A model generated the notes under the pieces. The model was not told where the DNA came from and did not search any database. It saw only the letters and a program-made list of their open reading frames with translations. Both the position numbers and the translations under genes were made by a program. DNA of 32,000 nt from Geotalea uraniireducens Rf4 (lineage in GTDB: Bacteria > Desulfobacterota > Desulfuromonadia > Geobacterales > Geobacteraceae), in contig NC_009483.1 in the NCBI RefSeq assembly GCF_000016745.1, positions 3,450,001 to 3,482,000 of the forward strand. The letters are read 5' to 3'. This document shows, piece after piece, positions 17,243 through 26,447 of this stretch (positions are counted from its first letter, which is position 1; each line of letters opens with the position of its first letter).

Positions 17243-19231
17243 TTACAAAAGTCTTGTCACGAGCAGGAACTGGTTGAGCAGGTAGCCGCTGCCGAAGGCG
17301 AGCACGCTGACGAATACGCCGATAGCCAGGGCGACCTTCATCCCCCGCTCCCGCTTCATGATGAGAAACTGGGCGACGCAGGGGATGAACAGGGTCAGGG
17401 TGACGGCGGCCACGGTAAGCTGCCGTCCGTTAAGTATACCTTTGGTCTGCAGATCGTAAAGGCCGGCTGCCCCGTAATCGCGGCGGAAGAAGCCGAAGAT
17501 GAACGCCACCGCCACCTCCTTGGGAAGCCCGAGGGAAGCCATCACCGGACTCAACCCCTCGACGGCCTTCTCGAAGAAATGGGTGATCTTGCCGATCCAG
17601 AGGAGCACCGAGGCAAGGATAAAGAGCGGCAGGATTTCCATGAAGTACCACTGCATCCTGGTATAGGTCTTGGTGAAGACGTTGGACAGCTGCGGCAGCC
17701 GCATCGGCGGCAGCTCCATGTAGAACATGGGTGTTTCGCCCGGCATCAGCTTGGCAGCCAGGAAACCGATGACGAGGAATATCAGGAGCAGACAGATGCT
17801 CCACGCCAGGAGCGCGCCGGGAGCCTTTGAAAGCAGTGCCAGAATTACCCCGAGCTGTGCCGAGCAGGGAATGGCCAGCGCCAGGAGGAGGGTGGCGATA
17901 ACCCGCTCCCGCACCGTCTCCAGGGTACGGGTCACCATGGTTGCCATGGTGTCGCAGCCGAAGCCGAGCACAATCGGGATTACGGCGCGGCCGGTAAGGC
18001 CGATTCTTTTGAACACCCGATCCACCAGGAGCGCCAGGCGAGGAAAGTAACCGCTGTCCTCCAGCAGGGAAAAGAAGAGGAAAAAGGTAGCGACGATAGG
18101 GAGGATGATCCCCACCGCATAACGCAAGCCCAGGGTTATGACCCCGTATTCACCGACGAACAGCTCCCGGATGATTTCCCAGGGGACAAGACCGTTGATC
18201 ACTCTGGTAATCCATGGATTGAAGTACGCCTCGAAGATCGTCCCTTCAAGGAAATCAACGAGGGTGCCGGCGCCGAAGTCGCCGACGAACTTGTAGAGGC
18301 CGAAATAGAGCACCACCAGCAAGAGCGGAACGCCGGTCATCGGCCTGACCGCCCAGCGGGAAAGACGCTCGCTGAAGGTCACCTTCCGCTTCTCGGGAAT
18401 GGTGAGAACGTCGGCGAGCAGACCTTTGACGATCCCCTTCCGCTCCATGGAGAGATCCAGGTGGAACGACTCGCGACGCTCGAAGATCTTCTCACGGACC
18501 ATCTCTGCAATGGCGGCGTTCTCCCCTTCCCGTGACAGGATCAGGTCGGTCACCTCTTCGTCCCGTTGCAGGAGCAACAGGGCCAGTGACTTGCGGGACA
18601 AGGGATAGTCGCCGGCGATGAGCTGCGCCACACTGTCGATGTCCGACTCAAGTCTCTTGCTGTAGCCGAATACCGCATGTTTCTTCCGGTCGAAACCGGC
18701 AATGGCCTGCCTGATCTCGTCGAGTCCGCGCTTCTTGGCAGTGGCCGCGCCGATCACCGGAATGCCGAGCTTTTCCTGCAAGAGCGGAATATCGATGGAG
18801 AGCCCCATATGCTCCGCCTCATCCATGATATTGACCACCAGCACCACCGGCAGCTGGGCATCGATCAATTGCAGGGTCATGGTCAGCATCCGCTCAAGAT
18901 TACGGGCATCAAGCACGTGCAGCACCACGTCCGGCGACTCGTTGAGGAGAATCTCCCGGGCCACCCGCTCCTCCTCTGTGATGGGGAGCAGGGAGTACAT
19001 GCCCGGCGTATCGATGATCTGGTACTGGCCGCCGGCGATGGAAGCGGAGCCGCGGGCCACCTCCACCGAAGTGCCGGGATAATTGGAGACTGTCACGTAA
19101 GAGCCGGTCAGGGCGTTGAAAAGGACGCTCTTCCCCACGTTGGGATTCCCCACCAGCACCACTTTTTTACCTGACGACTGGGGTTCGGCTTGGACGGAGT
19201 GACAGGAGGCTTTCTTCTTGAATAGTCCCAT
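17243..19231 (-). CDS. feoB: Ferrous iron transporter FeoB
   Basis: N-terminal G-domain GNPNVGKSVLFNALTG, DTPG, NIMD, followed by a large polytopic membrane domain. 662 aa. Confidence 0.95.
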   Translation of the reverse strand: MGLFKKKASCHSVQAEPQSSGKKVVLVGNPNVGKSVLFNALTGSYVTVSNYPGTSVEVARGSASIAGGQYQIIDTPGMYSLLPITEEERVAREILLNESPDVVLHVLDARNLERMLTMTLQLIDAQLPVVLVVNIMDEAEHMGLSIDIPLLQEKLGIPVIGAATAKKRGLDEIRQAIAGFDRKKHAVFGYSKRLESDIDSVAQLIAGDYPLSRKSLALLLLQRDEEVTDLILSREGENAAIAEMVREKIFERRESFHLDLSMERKGIVKGLLADVLTIPEKRKVTFSERLSRWAVRPMTGVPLLLVVLYFGLYKFVGDFGAGTLVDFLEGTIFEAYFNPWITRVINGLVPWEIIRELFVGEYGVITLGLRYAVGIILPIVATFFLFFSLLEDSGYFPRLALLVDRVFKRIGLTGRAVIPIVLGFGCDTMATMVTRTLETVRERVIATLLLALAIPCSAQLGVILALLSKAPGALLAWSICLLLIFLVIGFLAAKLMPGETPMFYMELPPMRLPQLSNVFTKTYTRMQWYFMEILPLFILASVLLWIGKITHFFEKAVEGLSPVMASLGLPKEVAVAFIFGFFRRDYGAAGLYDLQTKGILNGRQLTVAAVTLTLFIPCVAQFLIMKRERGMKVALAIGVFVSVLAFGSGYLLNQFLLVTRLL

Positions 19232-19261
19232 TTGCGTTACTTCCTTCTTTCTTTACCTGTT

Positions 19262-19280
19262 GTAATTGATTATCACTTTC
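19262..19280. promoter_or_regulatory. Candidate Fur box upstream of feoB
   Basis: GTAATTGATTATCACTTTC matches 13 of 19 positions of the classical GATAATGATAATCATTATC consensus (counted by hand). It lies 30-50 nt upstream of the feoB start, in an AT-rich spacer. Confidence 0.5.
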
Positions 19281-19303
19281 ATGTTTGATGAAAATTTTTT
19301 TGT

Positions 19304-19792
19304 CTACTTCCTACATTTGGCGCAAAGCCCGTACAACTCGAGTTTGTGGGTTTCGATCAGAAAACCGTATGCGGCAGCAACCTCGTCCTGGAGTTTTTCT
19401 ATGGTTTCGTTCTCGAACTCGGCAATTGCGCCACAGCGGGTACAGACCAGGTGGTCGTGGTGCTCACCTTCCGACACCTGCTCATAGCGGGTCTGTCCGT
19501 CGCCGAACTGGATCTCACGGGCAATGCCCGACTCGGCGAAGAGCTTGAGGGTGCGATATACCGTGGCATAGCCGATACCCGGGTGCTTGGCCCTGAGTTT
19601 GAGATAAAGCTCTTCAAGACTCATGTGTTGAGCGGAGGAGAGGAAGAAATCGAGGATGATGTCACGCTGGCGTGTGGACTTGAGCCCTTTCTGGGCGATA
19701 AAGTCGCTGAAAGCTTTTTTCTTGGCGCGTTTCACGATGACCCCACAATTGAAAGTGATTTTCACTATACCCAGCCTCGCCGGGGAAGTCAA
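19304..19792 (-). CDS. fur: Fur-family transcriptional regulator
   Basis: STRQRDIILDFF...HMSLEELY...GYATVYRTLKLF winged helix, HHDHLVCTRCG and CAKC metal sites. The true start is probably internal to the track ORF (around VKRAKKK) but is not resolvable by eye. Confidence 0.85.
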   Translation of the reverse strand: MTSPARLGIVKITFNCGVIVKRAKKKAFSDFIAQKGLKSTRQRDIILDFFLSSAQHMSLEELYLKLRAKHPGIGYATVYRTLKLFAESGIAREIQFGDGQTRYEQVSEGEHHDHLVCTRCGAIAEFENETIEKLQDEVAAAYGFLIETHKLELYGLCAKCRK

Positions 19793-19969
19793 TCGATTTT
19801 TTTATTCCCTTTCTAACATTCAGTCAATTTTCTCAACTGTGAATGGAATCCATATCAAGTAATGCTTGCAATCGGATAAATCATTAGTAATACTTAAAAC
19901 ACTCTAAGATGACTGATCAAAAACAAAGAAGATAGCGCATGGCAAATTTACTCTTAGGAGGGAAACGAC

Positions 19970-22228
19970 ATGATAAAATATTTCCTGGCGGCACTGATGA
20001 TAGCCTTTTCCCTTGCCGGATGTGGCGGCGGGGGCTCGTCGCCTCCCGTAACGCTGGTTTCCATCACCGTTAAGCCTGCCAATACGAGTATTGTTCCCAA
20101 TACAACCGTGCAGTTCAGTGCTATGGGAATCTTCTCCGACAACACCGCCCAGGACTTGACGACTTCAGTCACATGGAGTTCGTCAAACAGCGGGATTGCC
20201 ACCATCAGCAATACCCAGGGGGCGAAGGGACTTGCCACGGCCGTTGCAGCCGGCACCACCACCATTACTGCAACATCGGGAAACATTTCCGGCTCAACCA
20301 CATTCACCCCGGCTGCACTGGCATCCATTACGCTGGCACCCGCAAATCCGACCAGCATAGTCGGAACAACCCAGCAGTTCAAGGCCACGGGAGTGTTATC
20401 CAATAACGTCACCCAGGACTTGACGAGCCTGGTAGCCTGGAGCTCATCGGACCCGGGGATCGCCACTATCAGCGCAACCGGGACCACCACTGCCATTGCC
20501 CCGGGTTCCACCACCATTAGCGCGACCTTTACCGGCATTTCCGGCTCAACCACCCTCACCTCGGCAACGGTGACAGCCATTGCAGTAACCCCCGCAAATC
20601 CGACCATCGCCGCTGGGTTGACGCAACAGTTCACCGCAACCGGGACGCTGTCGAACAGTACAACCCGTGATGTGACGTCACTGGTCACGTGGAGTTCGTC
20701 CAACGCCGGGATTGCCACCATCAGCGCCGGGGGGATTGCCTCCGCCATTTCCATAGGCACAACCACCATTAGCGCCACCTTTGCCGGCGTTTCCGGCACA
20801 ACTACACTGACGGTGCAGGGCCCGTTATCCATTACCGTGACGCCCGCAAGCCCGAGCGCAGTAGTCGGCTCAACCCTGCAGTTCACGGCAACGGGCACTT
20901 TCGCGGACGGTTCCATGCGGGACTTGACGACCCTGGTCAGCTGGAACTCGTCGTCTACAGGGATTGCCACCATCAGCAACGCCTCTGGGTCACGGGGACT
21001 GGCCACGGCCATTGCGACCGGCTCTACCACCATTACCGCGACCTTGGGCGTTCCCGGCACAACTACCTTGACCGTAAAAACGCTCCAATCCATTGCCGTA
21101 ACGCCCGCAAACCCGACCATGGGAATCGGCTCAACCCTTCAGTTCAAGGCAACCGGCACTTTTTCCGACAGCTCCGTGCAGGACATAACGACTTCGGTCA
21201 CATGGAGCTCGGCGAATACCGGGATTGCCTCCATCAGCAATACTTCGGGTTCAAAGGGACTGGCCACTGCCAGTGCTTTTGGCTCGACCACAATCAAAGC
21301 AACGTTCGGCAGCATTTCAGGGTCGACCCCGCTGACGGTTATCCAGACCAACCGAGCCTATGTGGCAAACAACGGCAACAATACGCTTTCCGTCATCGAT
21401 ACCTCCACTAACACGGTGGTTGCCACCATTCCTGTCGGAGCAGGACCACAGGGAGTGGCAGTGAATCCCGCCGCCAGCCGGGTCTATGTGACAAACAACT
21501 TCAACAGCACGCTCTCCGTCATTGATACCACCAGCAATACGGTACTAACCAACGTACCCGTCGGGGCCGGACCACGGGGGGTGGCGGTGAATCCCTCCGC
21601 AAACCGGGCCTATGTGTCAAATGGCAACAGCAGCACGCTCTCCGTAATCGATACCGCCAGCAACACGATAGTTACCACCGTTTCCGTCGGAGCCGGACCA
21701 CATGGGGTGGCGCTGAATTCCGCCGCAAACCGTGTCTATGTGGCCAATAATGGCAACGGGACGCTCTCCGTAATCGATGCCACCAGCAACACGGTGATTG
21801 CCACTGTTCCCGTCAATAGCGGACCACAGGGGGTGGCGGCGAATCCTGCCGCCAACCGTGTCTATGTGGCCAATAACGGCAGCGGGACGATCTCCGTCAT
21901 CGATACCGCCAGCAATACGGTGGTTGCCACCATTGCCGTCGGAGCAGGACCGCAGGGGGTGGCGGTGAATCCCGCAGCCAACCGGGCCTATGTGACAAAT
22001 GGCAACAGCAACACGCTCTCCGTCATCAATACCACCAGCAACACGGTGGTTACCACCATTGCCGTGGGAGCAGGACCGCAGGGGGTGGCGGTGAATCCCG
22101 CAGCCAACCTGGTCTATGTGGCAAATGGCGGCAGCAACACGCTCTCCGTCATCGATACCATCAGCAACACATTAGTTAACACTGTCTCCATCGGAGCCGG
22201 CCCCAAAGGGGTTGCAGTCATTCCATAA
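19970..22228 (+). CDS. Lipoprotein with five Big_2 (bacterial Ig-like) domains and eight YVTN beta-propeller repeats
   Basis: Lipobox LAGCGG. Five repeats of I(T/A)V.PAN....G.T.QF.ATG.....QDLT..V.W.SS...IATIS. Eight repeats of YVANNG.NTLSVIDT.SNTVV.T..VGAGP.GVAVNP. GGAGGG SD upstream. Confidence 0.88.
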   Translation: MIKYFLAALMIAFSLAGCGGGGSSPPVTLVSITVKPANTSIVPNTTVQFSAMGIFSDNTAQDLTTSVTWSSSNSGIATISNTQGAKGLATAVAAGTTTITATSGNISGSTTFTPAALASITLAPANPTSIVGTTQQFKATGVLSNNVTQDLTSLVAWSSSDPGIATISATGTTTAIAPGSTTISATFTGISGSTTLTSATVTAIAVTPANPTIAAGLTQQFTATGTLSNSTTRDVTSLVTWSSSNAGIATISAGGIASAISIGTTTISATFAGVSGTTTLTVQGPLSITVTPASPSAVVGSTLQFTATGTFADGSMRDLTTLVSWNSSSTGIATISNASGSRGLATAIATGSTTITATLGVPGTTTLTVKTLQSIAVTPANPTMGIGSTLQFKATGTFSDSSVQDITTSVTWSSANTGIASISNTSGSKGLATASAFGSTTIKATFGSISGSTPLTVIQTNRAYVANNGNNTLSVIDTSTNTVVATIPVGAGPQGVAVNPAASRVYVTNNFNSTLSVIDTTSNTVLTNVPVGAGPRGVAVNPSANRAYVSNGNSSTLSVIDTASNTIVTTVSVGAGPHGVALNSAANRVYVANNGNGTLSVIDATSNTVIATVPVNSGPQGVAANPAANRVYVANNGSGTISVIDTASNTVVATIAVGAGPQGVAVNPAANRAYVTNGNSNTLSVINTTSNTVVTTIAVGAGPQGVAVNPAANLVYVANGGSNTLSVIDTISNTLVNTVSIGAGPKGVAVIP

Positions 22229-22439
22229 GGATCTATCGGAATTTTGAACCGAAGAAATTGTATGCATTTTTCTGAATATATGATAAATATATCTAGTTTC
22301 CAATTTCAAATCGAGGATGAAATCAAGGCGGCGAGGATTGAGGCGACGAAGGCGTACAACTGCGTACGTTGAGGAGCCGAAGACGAGCCAACGAAGATAG
22401 CGCCTTGATTTGGAATTGGTATAAAAGGAGGGATCAACT

Positions 22440-22529
22440 ATGCAAGATATATTAGTGCTGTTTGGATTCCTGGTCTTTTGGATTGCACTGCAGAAATTCA
22501 TTCTCCCCCGCCTGGGAGTCCAGACCTGA
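22440..22529 (+). CDS. 29-aa hydrophobic mini-ORF ending in an in-frame UGA; readable as 53 aa to 22601 if the UGA is decoded
   Basis: AAAGGAGGG SD lies 7 nt before the ATG at 22440. The peptide is MQDILVLFGFLVFWIALQKFILPRLGVQT, then UGA. The same frame continues MSDACSSGDRRKEKDKQKKNISE to a TAA at 22599-22601, directly followed by a strong terminator. Confidence 0.4.
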   Translation: MQDILVLFGFLVFWIALQKFILPRLGVQT

Positions 22530-22598
22530 ATGTCCGATGCATGCTCCTCCGGGGACCGGAGGAAAGAGAAGGACAAGCAGAAAAAGAACATTTCGGAA

Positions 22599-22632
22599 TA
22601 AAAAAGGCCCGTCGCTCAGACGGGCCTTTTTT
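22599..22632. terminator. Bidirectional rho-independent terminator
   Basis: A-run, GGCCCGTC-GCTCA-GACGGGCC, then T6. It sits between the convergent mini-ORF (+) and the DsbC-like gene (-, stop at 22651). Confidence 0.8.
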
Positions 22633-22650
22633 ATTCTCTTCAGCAAAATA

Positions 22651-23439
22651 CTATTTCTTCTTCCCCGTTTTACCGGCCAAAAGCGTCTTGATCTCAACGG
22701 CGTCCTTCGCCCCAGGCATCACACTACCGTCGGGAAATATCAGTGTCGGGGTAGAATTCACCCCCAAGGATTTGGCAAGCCTGATTGTTTCATCCACCCC
22801 CTTGGCGGAGGTTTCCGGCCCTGGAGCCGGCAACTGAAGCTTGGCAAACGCATCGTCAAGGAGCTTGGCCGACGGCCCCTGCAGAATCACCCGCGACTTG
22901 TCGTAGGCCGTCGGATGCATTTTCAGTGGAAACAGCTTCACGTACACCGCCACATCAGGGTCCATCGCCACCAGTTTCTTCAGCTCCCCGTGCAGTTTGG
23001 CGCAGAACGGGCAGTCAGGATCGGTAAAGACAAAGAGCCTCTTTTTCCCCTTGGGATTCCCCATGACAATCGAATTGCCCAGCGGTATGGAGGATGATTT
23101 CACCTTCTTCACCGGTGAAGTCTGCTGCTCCCCTGCGGCAATGGGTTTTTTCGTCGTCAGGTTGAAAATCGGCCCGGGGATCAGGTACTTTTTGCCAAAA
23201 TCCAGATACGCAACCGCCTTTTTCCCCTCCTTCTCCAGATCAATCTCCCAGACTCCCCGCATGGCCGGAGATTTCACCCGGGTCACCTTTCCACCCAACC
23301 CTTTTACGAGATCATTGGCTTCTTTCACCGACAATGCATGACAGCCGGCGCAGTCTCCGCCGCACCCCTCCTTGGACATGGCGGATGCGCTTCCGGCCGC
23401 AATGGTCACAAGCAAAAGGGCCGTCGCTAAACTCTTCAT
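22651..23439 (-). CDS. Periplasmic DsbC/DsbG-family thiol:disulfide interchange protein with an extra N-terminal CXXXCXXCH motif
   Basis: The start is set at MKSLATALLLVTIAAGSASA (signal peptide), with a GAGGAG SD 6 nt upstream. Thioredoxin-fold active site FTDPDCPFCAKLH, and TPT (cis-Pro region). The 416-aa track ORF is an artefactual 5' extension that overlaps ahcY. Confidence 0.8.
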   Translation of the reverse strand: MKSLATALLLVTIAAGSASAMSKEGCGGDCAGCHALSVKEANDLVKGLGGKVTRVKSPAMRGVWEIDLEKEGKKAVAYLDFGKKYLIPGPIFNLTTKKPIAAGEQQTSPVKKVKSSSIPLGNSIVMGNPKGKKRLFVFTDPDCPFCAKLHGELKKLVAMDPDVAVYVKLFPLKMHPTAYDKSRVILQGPSAKLLDDAFAKLQLPAPGPETSAKGVDETIRLAKSLGVNSTPTLIFPDGSVMPGAKDAVEIKTLLAGKTGKKK

Positions 23440-23552
23440 ACCGTACTCCTCAATATGGACATGCGAAAGCCGCCGGAAAATCCGGCGGCTTCTGATGATT
23501 GAGACTATACTTTTTTCAGCAAAAAAAGTCCATAGGATATCCGGTGCTTTTG

Positions 23553-24947
<1,395 letters not shown>

Positions 24948-25059
24948 GGTCTTCTCTCCTTTTATGGTGATATGATTCATTCAAACAATCCATTCGTAGG
25001 GGCATCCCCGGGAGGCCTCCTTTGCATGTAACATGAAACCGGGCGGGCGCTATTCGCAC

Positions 25060-25977
25060 CTACAAAGCCTTAACCAGCAGCACCGCCTCCTGCCCTGCGC
25101 CGCCTTCCAGCCGCTCGCATCGGACATCGAAAAACCCGGCCGCAGCGAGCCACGAGGTCAGCTCATCTTCGTCAAAACCGAGCCACTGGTCGGCCAGCCG
25201 CTCCCGCACCCACTCCCGCTCGTGGCGGGCAAGGTCGGCCAGCACCAGCACCCCGCCGGCTGTGAGCACCCGCCGGATTTCCCGAAGCACTGCGGCAGGG
25301 TCGGCGGCGTGGTGGAGCACCATGTTCAACACGGCGCAGTCCGCAGCCTTGTCCGGCAGCGGCAGGTGGGTCATATCCCCAAGCCTGAGGTCAATCCCGG
25401 CCAAGCCTGCCAGGGCGAGACGACGGCGGGCCTCCTCCAGCATGGCCGGCGAATGGTCCACTCCGATCACGCGACTCGCCTTGGCCGCCAGGGCCGGAAG
25501 CAGTCCGCCGGTGCCAAGACCGATCTCCACAACGCTCTTGCCCTCCGGCACGAGGGAAAGGAGCCGCTCCCGATAGTCGGAGACAGGAAGGAGGATCCGG
25601 GCCAGGTCGTCCCACTGGCGGGCATGGCGGTCGAAGAACTCCTGGCTCCGGCGGCGTCGCTCTTCCAGCACCGCGGTAACGGCGGAGAGGTCTTTTGAAC
25701 GATCCGGGAGCGTTGCCAGCCCTGCTTCCATGGCCGGGCGGATGGCGGCGAAGAAACTGTCCTCTTCTCCCGCCCGGTAGTAACTCCAGGTCCCCTGGCG
25801 CTTCACGGTCAGGACCCCGGCATCGGTAAGGATTTTCAGGTGCCGGGATATGCGCGACTGCCCCATGCTGAGAATGCGGGTCAGCTCCTGCACGGTAAAC
25901 TCACCGGCCAGAAGTACCGCCACCAGGCGGAGCCGACAGGGGTCGGCCAGGGCTTTGAGGATGTCGAGCATGTCCAT
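25060..25977 (-). CDS. sahR: ArsR-type HTH fused to a SAM-methyltransferase-like domain (SahR-type regulator of the methionine/SAM cycle)
   Basis: N-terminal LADPCRLRLV...ELT..L...QSRISRHLKIL (ArsR HTH). C-terminal VVEIGLGTGGL...VIGVDHSPAML (class I MTase motif I). It lies directly upstream of ahcY on the same strand, as described for SahR. Confidence 0.65.
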   Translation of the reverse strand: MDMLDILKALADPCRLRLVAVLLAGEFTVQELTRILSMGQSRISRHLKILTDAGVLTVKRQGTWSYYRAGEEDSFFAAIRPAMEAGLATLPDRSKDLSAVTAVLEERRRRSQEFFDRHARQWDDLARILLPVSDYRERLLSLVPEGKSVVEIGLGTGGLLPALAAKASRVIGVDHSPAMLEEARRRLALAGLAGIDLRLGDMTHLPLPDKAADCAVLNMVLHHAADPAAVLREIRRVLTAGGVLVLADLARHEREWVRERLADQWLGFDEDELTSWLAAAGFFDVRCERLEGGAGQEAVLLVKAL

Positions 25978-26013
25978 ATCAATAATACCGAATAGCTTAT
26001 ATCAGTTTTTCTT

Positions 26014-26042
26014 GATTTAGCATCTTATCCGATCCCAGTCAA
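26014..26042 (-). promoter_or_regulatory. Candidate sigma70-type promoter for the sahR-like gene
   Basis: The minus strand reads TTGACT-N17-TAAATC (plus-strand coordinates 26037-26042 and 26014-26019), about 35 nt upstream of the ATG at 25977. Confidence 0.3.
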
Positions 26043-26196
26043 GGGGAAAGTTCTCACGAATGAACCTTAAAGACGTCAATTGGGCGCGAATAAACACGGA
26101 TTTTAGCGAAAACCGGATAAGGTGCTTTCAGGCGATATAATGGCTTTCTTTGTGGTTTTGTGTAAGCAACTGCTTTCTTTTCAGGATAAATTGCGG

Positions 26197-26372
26197 GGGA
26201 GCCGGCGGGATCCCGGAAGTGGAGGGAAAAGGCCGGGCGTCGAGCGGACACCCGCCAATGTTTACAAGTCTGTCGCGGAGGCAATATCCGCCGCCGGCGG
26301 AAATATGAGGAAGACGGTGCAGGTCCGCAGCCCGGACTCGACCGGAGCGGACGGGATTCCGCCGGCTCCCTT
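26197..26372 (+). ncRNA. GC-rich structured element closed by a 19-bp helix, with partial cobalamin-riboswitch-like motifs; identity unresolved
   Basis: GGGAGCCGGCGGGATCCCG (26197-26215) pairs with CGGGATTCCGCCGGCTCCC (26354-26372), with one G-U pair. On the + strand, in order, come AGGGAA, then CCCGCCAATGT 22 nt later, then AGGAAGACGG, then AGCCCGGA..GACCGG. There is no convincing ORF. Confidence 0.25.
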
Positions 26373-26385
26373 CCCGGCACGTCAG

Positions 26386-26422
26386 AAAAAAACAAAGCCC
26401 GCCGGGAAATTCCCGGCGGGCC
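26386..26422 (-). terminator. Rho-independent terminator after the NPD/FabK-like gene
   Basis: On the minus strand, GCCCGCCGGG-AATTT-CCCGGCGGGC is followed by TTTGTTTTTTT. It lies about 25 nt after the stop at 26448. Confidence 0.8.
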
Positions 26423-26447
26423 GTTGTCGAACCGTTATCTGCTTCTT

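Noticed and set aside
19875-19893. Second Fur box (GATAAATCATTAGTAATAC) in the fur / lipoprotein divergent region
   Set aside because: It matches the 19-mer consensus only if a 1-nt gap is allowed. In an AT-rich spacer that is weak evidence, so it is mentioned only as a hint.
19954-21120. 388-aa minus-strand ORF
   Set aside because: It is antisense to the Big_2 repeats. The V/A/M/P-rich periodic product simply mirrors the sense-strand repeat, and it has no SD or start context.
22330-22400. mini-ykkC / guanidine-II-like ACGA/ACGR motifs in the mini-ORF leader
   Set aside because: The ACGA occurrences are not presented in the loops of two small GC hairpins as that motif requires, and the downstream gene is not an SMR-type transporter.
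24948-25059. Possible SAH riboswitch in the ahcY leader
   Set aside because: I read the minus-strand RNA and could not find the conserved SAH-riboswitch core strings. A SahR-type protein regulator is encoded immediately upstream instead. It still deserves a cmscan with RF01057.
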